This document shows, piece after piece, positions 28,457-37,984 of a stretch of DNA of 64,000 nt. The stretch is from Candidatus Solibacter sp. (lineage in GTDB: Bacteria > Chloroflexota > Dormibacteria > DASZGP01): positions 355,262 to 419,261 of the forward strand of contig DATMMS010000005.1 in assembly GCA_035569605.1 (NCBI GenBank), read 5' to 3'. The notes below the pieces were generated by a model that saw only the letters and a list, made by a program, of their open reading frames with translations, was not told the origin of the DNA and did no database searches. Within the stretch, counting starts at the first letter, position 1; every line of letters begins with the position of its first letter. The position numbers were made by a program, and so were the translations under genes.

Positions 28457-29266
28457 CTAGAGCGCGGCTTGGATCTGATCGCGCAGCCGGCGCGCCGCAT
28501 CAGCAGCCGCGTGCTGGTGGTCCGGGCCACGGCTGGCGTGCATGATCGACCGCGAGGAGCTGATCAAGAAGGCACCCTCTCTCCCCTCCCCCGCGGCCGC
28601 CCCGACGGCGCCGACCAGGTCGCCCTGCTGGGCGCCGACCCCAGGGACCAGGATCGGCAGGCTCGGGCAAACGGCCCTGATCCGCTCGATGTCCGGCGGG
28701 AAGGTGGCGCCGGCGACCAACCCGACGTTGTCGTTGGTGTTCCACTGGTTGGCGAGCTCCGCCACCCGGAGGAAGAGCGGTGTGCCGTCCACCGGCAGCT
28801 CCTGCAGCTCGCTCGACCCGGCATTCGACGTGCGGCAGAGGACAAAGACGCCGCGCTCGGGGCGGCGCAGGAAGGGCTCCAGGCTGTCGCGCCCCATGTA
28901 CGGGCTGACCGTCGCCGCCCCGGCTCCGTAGGTCTCGTATGCCGCCTCCGCGTATCGCTCGGCGGTGTTGCCGATGTCACCTCGTTTGACGTCGAGGATC
29001 ACCGGGATCTCCTCTGGGACCGAGGCGATAACCGCCTGCAGCACCTCCATCCCGTGCGGGCCCATGATCTCGTAGAAGGCGGAGTTGGGTTTGTACGCGG
29101 CTGCAAACTCGGAGGTCGCCTCCACCACCCCGGTGACGAAGCGAAGCACCTCGTCGGGGTCGACTTCGAACTCCGCCGGGAGCGCCTCCAGGTCAGGGTC
29201 GAGCCCGACGCACACATTCGAGCCGCGATCGCGGATGGATGCGCGGAGAGATTCGTTGAAGGTCAA
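28457..29266 (-). CDS. pyrF: Orotidine 5'-phosphate decarboxylase, type 2
   Basis: 269 aa; VCVGLDPD and ILDVKRGDIGNT active-site blocks. Confidence 0.85.
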   Translation of the reverse strand: MTFNESLRASIRDRGSNVCVGLDPDLEALPAEFEVDPDEVLRFVTGVVEATSEFAAAYKPNSAFYEIMGPHGMEVLQAVIASVPEEIPVILDVKRGDIGNTAERYAEAAYETYGAGAATVSPYMGRDSLEPFLRRPERGVFVLCRTSNAGSSELQELPVDGTPLFLRVAELANQWNTNDNVGLVAGATFPPDIERIRAVCPSLPILVPGVGAQQGDLVGAVGAAAGEGREGAFLISSSRSIMHASRGPDHQHAAADAARRLRDQIQAAL

Positions 29267-29301
29267 ATCTTCAGCCGTGCACCGTCATCGCGGTGCACGC
29301 C

Positions 29302-29529
29302 TCAAACCTCGTGGGTCTCGAGGACTTTGTAGCCGGTCGACTCCAGCTGCGCCACCCGCTTCTCCGGATAGCCGCGCATGCCTGGAAGCGGGAATGCGCC
29401 GGATTCGTCCAGCGGCGCCTCGAAGAGGATCTTCACCTCCTCGAGGAAATCGACGTCGGGGCCGCTGATCCAGCCGGTATCGGTGACCTCCACCGTGGGC
29501 CCGCCCTTGGTCAGTGTCCAGACTTTCAT
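29302..29529 (-). CDS. Hypothetical small protein
   Basis: 75 aa acidic ORF between repeat-protein gene and pyrF; no family recognised. Confidence 0.45.
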   Translation of the reverse strand: MKVWTLTKGGPTVEVTDTGWISGPDVDFLEEVKILFEAPLDESGAFPLPGMRGYPEKRVAQLESTGYKVLETHEV

Positions 29530-29541
29530 CCCGGCGCAAGT

Positions 29542-29955
29542 TTACCGGGGCGTCGTATCTCCTGTCTGGCGCAGCATCCGGCTGCTGGCTCGATCGGCGG
29601 CGTCGAGCTCCAACTCGACCCTCGCCCGGAGCCGCTCGATGATCGTCAGCTCCACCAACTCGCCATCTCGTCGAACCTGGTTGGGCGCGTTCAGCCGGTC
29701 CAACAGCTGGTGGCCTTCGAGCTCTTCTTCTGGCGTCATGCTTCTGGGTGTCGCCCGCGGAGTCGAAACCGCGCCCGGAGGCGCTGTTGAAGCCTGCTCG
29801 CGGTCGCTGGCCGCGGTGGCTCGATGATCGGCGGCCAGCCTGCGAGCAGTGCTTGCCTGAGCACGGTCGTCGGCGGCGATCTCACGATTAGAGCTCGCCT
29901 CGGCGCGGTCATCCGCGGCCTGACCTCGCCCAGTGGCAGACCGCGCCAGGTCCAT
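29542..29955 (-). CDS. Hypothetical low-complexity repeat / coiled-coil protein (possibly 5'-extended to about 30146 through a frameshift)
   Basis: 137 aa; degenerate repeats AADDRAEAS/AADDRAQAS/AADHRATAAS then helical C-terminus; upstream overlapping ORF 29736-30146 carries similar repeats in another frame. Confidence 0.45.
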   Translation of the reverse strand: MDLARSATGRGQAADDRAEASSNREIAADDRAQASTARRLAADHRATAASDREQASTAPPGAVSTPRATPRSMTPEEELEGHQLLDRLNAPNQVRRDGELVELTIIERLRARVELELDAADRASSRMLRQTGDTTPR

Positions 29956-30215
29956 GGCCTCGCGACGGTCCCTGACGAGTCGACCTCGTCCGCCAGGTCG
30001 TCGTGCGCGTCAGCCTGCTTGTCGCGAATGTCCGCAGCCGTGTCGCGCGCCGCCGCCGCCCGGTCGCGCTGTTGCGCAACCAGGTTGTGTAGCCGTGTCC
30101 GCGCCTTGGGGCTGCCATTCTTGGCCCTCCCGCGCGGACTCACCACAAAAGTCTAGGTCGGACGGCGGTCCGCAACCATGACTTGAGAAGGGTTGCCCGA
30201 AACATGAGCAGAATT

Positions 30216-30293
30216 TGGTCGGCGAGACAGGATTTGAACCTGCGACCCCCAGTCCCCCAGACTGGTGCGCTACCGAGCTGCGCCACTCGCCGG
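30216..30293 (-). tRNA. tRNA-Pro (anticodon GGG)
   Basis: Cloverleaf folds by hand: acceptor CGGCGAG/CTCGCCG, anticodon stem CCAGT/ACTGG, loop CTGGGGG, T-loop TTCAAAT, encoded CCA. Confidence 0.9.
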
Positions 30294-30324
30294 CCGGAGG
30301 CGATTCTACCGTTCGCCGAGTTGG

Positions 30325-31358
30325 CTAGCTGAACCCCAGCCCCTCGCTCTCGCTGCGGCCGGTGCGCTGCATCAGGCGGATGGCAACGTGCATCGGATCG
30401 GCCGCCTGGAAGAGGATCTCCGCCACCGCTTCGGTGATCGGCAGCTCCACGTTCAGCTGTTCTCCCAGCCGCAGGGCCTCACGGGTGGTGTTGACCCCCT
30501 CGGCCACCATCGTCATGCCCGACTCGATCTCCTCGAGCGTCTTCCCGGTGCCGATGCCGATGCCCAGGGCGCGGTTGCGGCTGTGCGGCGAGGAGCAGGT
30601 AACGACCAGGTCGCCGAGGCCGGTGAGGCCGGCGAAGGTGCGTGACCGCGCGCCCATGGCACACCCCAGCCGGGTCATCTCCACCAGACCCCGGGTCATT
30701 ATCGCGGCCTTGGCGTTGTCGCCGGCCTCCAGCCCGTCACAGATGCCGGTGCCGATGGCGATGACGTTTTTCATCGCTCCGCCCACCTCCACCCCGACGA
30801 CGTCGTCGTTGGTGTAGGCCCGCAGCCGCGGTCCGGAGATGCGGCCCTGGGCCGCCTCGGCGCGCTGCTGGTCGGCGCAGGCGATGACGGTCGTGGCGGG
30901 CATTCCCTGGGCGATTTCGCGGGCAATGTTCGGCCCCGAGATGGCGCCGACGACTGCGCGGTCTCCCAGTGTTTCCGTCAGGACCTGGGACATCAGCCGA
31001 CCACTCTCCGGGTCCAGCCCCTTGGCGGCGCTCAGCACCAGCGGCGGCTCGCCGCCTTTCTTGGTCTGCGTCCGGAGGATGCCCGACAGCGCCCTGGCGG
31101 TGGTCAGCATCGCCTTGCAGGGCACCGCCATGATCACGATCGGCACCTTGTAGACGGCGTCTGCCAGGTCGGCGGTGAAGTAGACCCCCTTGGGGATCTC
31201 GATCTCGGTGAGGTAGCGGGGGTTGTGGCGCTTCGCCTCCATGGCTGCCGCCTGGCCGCCGTCGCGGGACCAGACGTAGGTCTCGCCACCGCTGCTGAGC
31301 GCGCACGCCAGCGCCGTGCCCCAACTGCCGGCGCCGATGATGGCGACGCGATCAGCCG

Positions 31359-31362
<4 letters not shown>
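30325..31362 (-). CDS. gpsA: NAD(P)H-dependent glycerol-3-phosphate dehydrogenase
   Basis: N-terminal Rossmann IIGAGSWGTALA and GpsA C-terminal blocks. Confidence 0.9.
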
Positions 31363-32705
<1,343 letters not shown>

Positions 32706-32731
32706 CCTCGAAGGCTAAGGGATGATGTACC

Positions 32732-33457
32732 GTGACGGCGATGCAAAACGTCGGCAACAGCTTCAGCCTTCCATTTCGCAGTCCCGGCTACTTCGGAACC
32801 CTGGTGTTGATGGGGCTGATCGGCCTGATCCCCATCGTCGGCTGGATCAACTCGCTGGGATGGATGCTCTCCATCGTCGACAACTACCGCTCCGGACGTA
32901 CGGACCTGCCTCCGGCTGGCTTTCAGTACATCGGCCGGGGAGCGACGCTGTTCCTGGTGGTGCTGGTCTACGGCCTCATCCTCAGCGCCATCTTCGCGGT
33001 GCCGTTCTTCCTCATTCTTGCGGGCTCGATCGCCAGCGCCAGCACCTCCAGCGCGACACCGGGCTCGACGGCCTTCTTCGGAGGCGGCTTCGCCACCTAC
33101 GTCGGGCTGATCCAGCTGCTCTCGCTGGCGATCAGTCTCTTCTACCCCGCCGTCATCGTGGCCACCGAGCGCGGCGGAGCCGGTGGCGGCCTCAACCCGG
33201 TCAACGTCTTCGGCATCGCCGCCGCGAACTGGAAGAACACGTTCATCGCCGGGCTGTTGTTCTTCGCCGCCAGCTTCATCGGCGGGCTTGGCATCTACGC
33301 CTGCTGCATCGGCATCCTCTTCACGGCGCCCTACAGCACCGCCGTCATGGCTGGAGTGGTTCGGTACTACGAGGCCGAGTTCGAGATACCGCCGGTGGCG
33401 CCACCGGCGAGCGTGCCCCCGCCGCCTCCGCCGCCCGCGCCCTACCCGCCTAGCTGA
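32732..33457 (+). CDS. Hypothetical polytopic membrane protein with Pro-rich C-terminus (DUF4013-like?)
   Basis: 241 aa, multiple TM helices, C-terminal PPPPPPPAPYPP. Confidence 0.55.
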   Translation: MTAMQNVGNSFSLPFRSPGYFGTLVLMGLIGLIPIVGWINSLGWMLSIVDNYRSGRTDLPPAGFQYIGRGATLFLVVLVYGLILSAIFAVPFFLILAGSIASASTSSATPGSTAFFGGGFATYVGLIQLLSLAISLFYPAVIVATERGGAGGGLNPVNVFGIAAANWKNTFIAGLLFFAASFIGGLGIYACCIGILFTAPYSTAVMAGVVRYYEAEFEIPPVAPPASVPPPPPPPAPYPPS

Positions 33458-33905
33458 TCGGCTCGGGACCGAACTCGGGCGGCTCCTCCTGCCGCAGGAC
33501 GAAGGCGTTGACGTCGACCTGCTTGCCGGCGTCGATCGCCATGATCAGGTAGACGTATTCCGGCCAGGCGTGCTCGGCGTCGTACTGGGAGGGCCGGGCG
33601 GGGTGGTCGGGATGGGTGTGCCAGAACCCCACCACCTCGATCCCGCGCTCGCGCGCGTCCCTCTCGGCGCGCAGGATGTCCTTCGGATCCATGATGTAGC
33701 GGTCCCGCGCGCTGTGCTCCCGATCGTCCTTCTCCGCGGGAACATTGGCGTTCTCGCCAGTCTCACGGAGGTTGGTGGCCGCTCGCACCTCGACCACCTC
33801 GACCTCATCGCCGAAGCTTCCAAGGAAGATGCCGCAGCCCTCGTAGGGATAGGCGCTCTCCCCCATCTCGGTCATCTGCCGGCGGAGCTCGACCGAGATC
33901 CTCAT
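33450..33905 (-). CDS. JAMM/MPN+ metalloprotease (Mov34 family; Mec-like)
   Basis: 151 aa; E...HTHPDHPARPSQYD JAMM zinc motif; immediately downstream of cysteine synthase gene. Confidence 0.75.
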   Translation of the reverse strand: MRISVELRRQMTEMGESAYPYEGCGIFLGSFGDEVEVVEVRAATNLRETGENANVPAEKDDREHSARDRYIMDPKDILRAERDARERGIEVVGFWHTHPDHPARPSQYDAEHAWPEYVYLIMAIDAGKQVDVNAFVLRQEEPPEFGPEPIS

Positions 33906-33915
33906 TGCGCGGTGG

Positions 33916-34869
33916 TCAAGTTCGGTTGACGTAGAGACCGCTGGACAGGTAGCGGTCGCCGCCGTCGGGGAAGATCATCACCACCACCCCACTCTCCAGG
34001 CGCGCAGCCACCTGGGCCGCGCCCCAGAGCGCGGCGCCGCAGCTGTGCCCCACCAGGATGCCCTCGCTGCGGGCCAGCCTCCGGGCCAGGTCGTAGGCGT
34101 CCTCGGTCTCGACGTCGATGAGCTGGTCGTGCACCGTCTCGTCGTAGATCCCCGGCCGGATCGCAGTGGGGATGTGCTTGAGCCCCTCCAGGCCGTGCCA
34201 TCCGCTCGACGGCTGTACCGCCACCACCTGGATCTCGGGGTTGTACTCGTGCAGCCGCCGCCCGGTGCCGACCAGGGTGCCGCTGGTGCCGAGACCGGCC
34301 ACGAAATGAGTGATTCTGCCGCCGGTCTGCTCGATGATCTCGGGCGCTGTGGTGTGGTAGTGGGCCAGCGGGTTGTTGGGATTGTTGTACTGGTCGGGCA
34401 TGTAGTACCGCTCGGGGTCGGCGGCGAGCATCTCGTGGGCTCGAACGATGGCCCCGTCCGATCCCTCGGCGGGGTCGGAGTACACGATCTCCGCGCCGAA
34501 TGCGAGAACCGTCTCGCTGCGCTCCTTGCTCACGTTCCCCGGCATCACAAGGACCAACCTGTAGCCCTTGGCGGCGGCCACCAGCGCATAGCCGATGCCT
34601 GTGTTCCCCGATGTCGAGTCCAGGATCACCTTGTCGCGGGTCAGCTCACCGCTGCGCTCCGCCTCCTCGATCATCCGCTTGGCGGGTCTGTCCTTCACCG
34701 AGCCACCGGGGTTGAACCACTCCGCCTTGGCCCAGAACTCGACTCCGGGGTGGCTCTTCTCGAACATGTGGACCTGGATCAGCGGGGTGTTGCCGACCCG
34801 GTCGAGAATCGTCCTCGCCACGCCGTCGTCGCCCGAAGGGGTGATGGGTCCGGGCGCCGGCTGACTCAT
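33916..34869 (-). CDS. Cysteine synthase (PLP-dependent; CysM/CysK family)
   Basis: GNTPLIQ and SGNTGIGYALVAAAKGYRLVLVMP PLP-binding blocks. Confidence 0.85.
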   Translation of the reverse strand: MSQPAPGPITPSGDDGVARTILDRVGNTPLIQVHMFEKSHPGVEFWAKAEWFNPGGSVKDRPAKRMIEEAERSGELTRDKVILDSTSGNTGIGYALVAAAKGYRLVLVMPGNVSKERSETVLAFGAEIVYSDPAEGSDGAIVRAHEMLAADPERYYMPDQYNNPNNPLAHYHTTAPEIIEQTGGRITHFVAGLGTSGTLVGTGRRLHEYNPEIQVVAVQPSSGWHGLEGLKHIPTAIRPGIYDETVHDQLIDVETEDAYDLARRLARSEGILVGHSCGAALWGAAQVAARLESGVVVMIFPDGGDRYLSSGLYVNRT

Positions 34870-34911
34870 TTCGAGGCCAAGTTTATCCGTGGCCCTGTCG
34901 CTCGCCCGCCG

Positions 34912-35160
34912 TCAGTGGACGACGTACCGAACCAGGATGATTGTCACGCCGCCGATCAGACCGAGTCCGATGCCATACCCCACAAAACTGCGAGCCAGCA
35001 CGCTGTACCGCCGGGGCAGGATGTTCATGATCGCCTTGCCCGCCAGGAAGCCAATCCCCACCGCGGCTACCGAAGGGTGGTGGTTGAGCAGGCCGTAGAT
35101 GGCCACCAGCGTGAATGCGGCCGTCTCGAAGAGCTGCAGCGCCGTGTACGGGCCGATCAC
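34912..35160 (-). CDS. Hypothetical small membrane protein
   Basis: 82 aa, 2-3 TM segments. Confidence 0.4.
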   Translation of the reverse strand: MIGPYTALQLFETAAFTLVAIYGLLNHHPSVAAVGIGFLAGKAIMNILPRRYSVLARSFVGYGIGLGLIGGVTIILVRYVVH

Positions 35161-35172
35161 CGCTACGGCCGC

Positions 35173-36252
35173 CTAGCTTTCGCGGCGGAAACCGTAATCC
35201 AGCAGGCTTGCCGCGTCGGTGAAGATCAGCGGGTCGTCCATCTCCACCGTGACCAGGGTATGGCTGCCCCGATGGGCGCCGCCGACGAAGACCTGGCCGG
35301 CCTTGTCGGTGAGCCCGGTCTTGAAGCCGATGGCGCCAGGGTAGGTCCAGAGCAGCTTGTCGAGATTGGTCGGGAAGAAGGCCTTGTGGTCGGAGCTGTA
35401 AGCGAGCGTCTCCTCCTTGGTGGTGACCACGCCGGCAAGCACCGGATAGTGCTCATAGAGGTAGGCGGCAGTCAGCGCCAGGTCGTGGGCGCTGCTGTAC
35501 TGACCGGCGTCGTCCAGCCCCGAGGGATTGACGAATTGGGTGTCGGTCAGGCCCAGCGCGACGGCCTTGCTGTTCATGGCGCGGACAAAATCGGCCCGAC
35601 CGTGCCCGACCGTGGTGGCAGCAAGCGTCTCGGCCGCGTCGTTGCCCGAGTCCAGTAGCAGCCCGTAGAGGAGCTCGCGCACCGTCAGTGTTTCGCCGGC
35701 GCTGAGCCCCATGACATTGGGCTCCACGTTCACCGCTGTATCGGGCACCACCAGCCGGTCATCGGGGCTGGCGTGGTCAAGGGCTACCATCGCGGTCGTC
35801 AGCTTGGTGGTGCTGGCGATCGCCATCCGCTGGTGCGGGTTGCGGCTGAAGAGGACGTGGCGATTGTCGATATCGACCAGGATGGCGGCCTTGGCGCGGA
35901 CAGCCGGCGCGCCCGCCGCCGGGTTGGCCTGTGCCCAGCGGTAGTCCCAGGAGTACGGCGGCGAGAGCAGCGCCTGGGCCGCCTCGTGGCGGTCGCTGAC
36001 GGCATAGACCGGGACCGCCGGCTCGACCACGTGGGCGGCGGCGACGCTGGTGGCAGCGGTGGCAGCAGCTCGTCCGCCGATCGTGACGTGAGTTGCCATC
36101 CAGATCGCGCCAGCCAGGAGCGCCAGGGAGGCGAACAGCACCAGGACGTCCCGGCGCCGAGCGCCTTTCCGGCGCCGGGGACCGTAGGAGCGACTTGCTG
36201 GCGTGAATGTGACGCGTGCCGCGGATCTGCGCTGGTACAAGTCGGCCCCCAT
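35173..36252 (-). CDS. D-alanyl-D-alanine carboxypeptidase (serine-type, peptidase S11)
   Basis: Active-site SxxK in ASTTKLTTAMVALDH; N-terminal membrane anchor; ATG 36252. Confidence 0.8.
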   Translation of the reverse strand: MGADLYQRRSAARVTFTPASRSYGPRRRKGARRRDVLVLFASLALLAGAIWMATHVTIGGRAAATAATSVAAAHVVEPAVPVYAVSDRHEAAQALLSPPYSWDYRWAQANPAAGAPAVRAKAAILVDIDNRHVLFSRNPHQRMAIASTTKLTTAMVALDHASPDDRLVVPDTAVNVEPNVMGLSAGETLTVRELLYGLLLDSGNDAAETLAATTVGHGRADFVRAMNSKAVALGLTDTQFVNPSGLDDAGQYSSAHDLALTAAYLYEHYPVLAGVVTTKEETLAYSSDHKAFFPTNLDKLLWTYPGAIGFKTGLTDKAGQVFVGGAHRGSHTLVTVEMDDPLIFTDAASLLDYGFRRES

Positions 36253-36354
36253 GAAACCAGAGCCCCGTCGGGCTGTCAATCGCGCCCTCGGGCGCGCCGA
36301 CATTAGAGTAGCGGATGGGGTTTACTATGCTTCGACCATCGCTAGGAGGGAATC

Positions 36355-36780
36355 ATGGCTCAAGGAGATCTGATCGCCAAGCTTGGCGCCTGCAAGCTGT
36401 TTGAGGACCTCTCCAAATCGGACCTCAAGAAGGTCGCGGAGCGCATGGCCGAAGATCATTTCCCCGCCAAGACGACGATCCTCAAGGAAGGCGAGGAGGG
36501 CATGGGATTCTTCTTTGTCGTCCTCGATGGCAGCGCCACGGTGGTCCAGCACGGCAAAGAGGTGGCGGTGCTCAAGCAGGGCGACTTCTTCGGCGAAGTC
36601 ACCTCCCTCAACGGCGGGCCGCGCACGGCCTCGGTCAGGACCAACAGCGCGCTCTGGGTGATGCGACTGACCGACAGCAACTTCCGCCCCTTCCTCGAGG
36701 AGTTCCCCAAGGTAACCTTCCGCATCCTCGAGCGCGTCCTGATGCGTTTCCAGGCGCTGGCTACAAACGCGGGATCGTAA
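36355..36780 (+). CDS. Stand-alone cyclic nucleotide-binding domain protein
   Basis: 141 aa; cNMP-binding core FFFVVLDGSATV...QGDFFGEVTSLNGGPRTASVRT; no DNA-binding or enzymatic domain attached. Confidence 0.75.
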   Translation: MAQGDLIAKLGACKLFEDLSKSDLKKVAERMAEDHFPAKTTILKEGEEGMGFFFVVLDGSATVVQHGKEVAVLKQGDFFGEVTSLNGGPRTASVRTNSALWVMRLTDSNFRPFLEEFPKVTFRILERVLMRFQALATNAGS

Positions 36781-36805
36781 GCCCGATCGACCGGACCCGC
36801 CGCGG

Positions 36806-37000
36806 TTGGCGATGAACGAGCAGGACGAAATCGAGCTGGAGGCGTTGATGCGGCAGCGCCGCACCAGCGATTCGCGGCTCAACCGGGCACTGGGTGAGCT
36901 GCTGGGTAGCCACCACGGCGCCGACGAGACGCTGGCGGCGATCGACGAGGTGGAGGGCATTCTGCGCCAGCTCGCGTCCCTGGTCGGAAGGCTTTCCTGA
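36806..37000 (+). CDS. Hypothetical small protein
   Basis: 64-aa ORF, helical; weak support. Confidence 0.3.
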   Translation: MAMNEQDEIELEALMRQRRTSDSRLNRALGELLGSHHGADETLAAIDEVEGILRQLASLVGRLS

Positions 37001-37034
37001 GCCAGCTCACGCGGCTCGCTGTCGGGCTCGCCTC

Positions 37035-37268
37035 CTAGAGGACGCCCATCTTCACAAAGGCGATCGTGGTGATGATCCCCGCCACCAGCAGCACCGCCCC
37101 GACCAGCCTGTGGGAGGCCGGCTCGTCGCCATTGAGGATCGGGAACCAGTCTCCCCTCCCCTCGTAGAAGTCGGTCATGTCATTGGTGGCGCCGAAGATG
37201 TTGAACAGCAGCATCGCGCCGACCAGGCCGAGGAGCAAGGGCCCCAGCAGGAAGAACCACGCTTGCAT
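37035..37268 (-). CDS. Hypothetical small membrane protein
   Basis: 77 aa, two TM helices. Confidence 0.4.
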   Translation of the reverse strand: MQAWFFLLGPLLLGLVGAMLLFNIFGATNDMTDFYEGRGDWFPILNGDEPASHRLVGAVLLVAGIITTIAFVKMGVL

Positions 37269-37329
37269 GCTCTCAGCCTAGGCCGGATGGGCGGCTATGG
37301 CCAGCAGGCCACCGGATATCCTCGGACAG

Positions 37330-37965
37330 ATGGCCCAGATTCTCGATCCCAGCCTGCTCGCCTTCGCCGGCCTGGCCCTGTTGCTGGCGGTCACGCCCGG
37401 TCCCGACATGGCGACGGTGACGCGCAACGGCCTCGCCTACGGCCGTCGCGGCGTGGTCCTGACCGCGCTTGGCATCGGCACCGCGCTGCTGGGTTGGACC
37501 GCCGCCGGCGCCGTCGGCGTGGCGGCCGTCCTGGAGGCGTCCGCGGTGGCGTTCACCGCCGTCAAGCTGGCGGGGGCCTGCTACCTCGCCTACCTTGGCG
37601 CCAGAAGCCTGCTCGACAGCCGGCACGCTCGAAGGCCTGATCTCAGAAGCGCCCCGCTGGCGCCCGCCGGCCGGATCTACCGGACCGGTTTTCTCAGCGC
37701 CGCGCTCAACCCCAAGCTGGGCGTCTTCTTCGTGACCCTGCTGCCCCAGTTCGTCCGCCCAGGTCAGCCGGCGCTGGCCCGGCTGCTCCTGCTGGGGGCG
37801 ATCTTCAGCGTCATCGGCATCTTATGGCTGGCGATCTATGGGGTCGCGGTCACCAAGGCGCGAGACGCCATCGACACACCCCGGGTCCGTGCCTGGATGG
37901 AGCGCGTCAGTGGCGTCGTCCTGGTCGGGTTCGCCGCCCGCCTGGCGCTGGAGCGGGCGCGGTAG
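37330..37965 (+). CDS. LysE/RhtB-family amino acid exporter
   Basis: LLAVTPGPDMATV motif and 6-TM profile; start at ATG 37330 (ORF-track 37297 also possible). Confidence 0.75.
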   Translation: MAQILDPSLLAFAGLALLLAVTPGPDMATVTRNGLAYGRRGVVLTALGIGTALLGWTAAGAVGVAAVLEASAVAFTAVKLAGACYLAYLGARSLLDSRHARRPDLRSAPLAPAGRIYRTGFLSAALNPKLGVFFVTLLPQFVRPGQPALARLLLLGAIFSVIGILWLAIYGVAVTKARDAIDTPRVRAWMERVSGVVLVGFAARLALERAR

Positions 37966-37984
37966 AACGTTCCGGGTAGAGCCC

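Noticed and set aside
34045-35658. 537-aa plus-strand ORF antisense to cysteine synthase and carboxypeptidase genes
   Set aside because: Antisense to two motif-supported genes; composition artefact.
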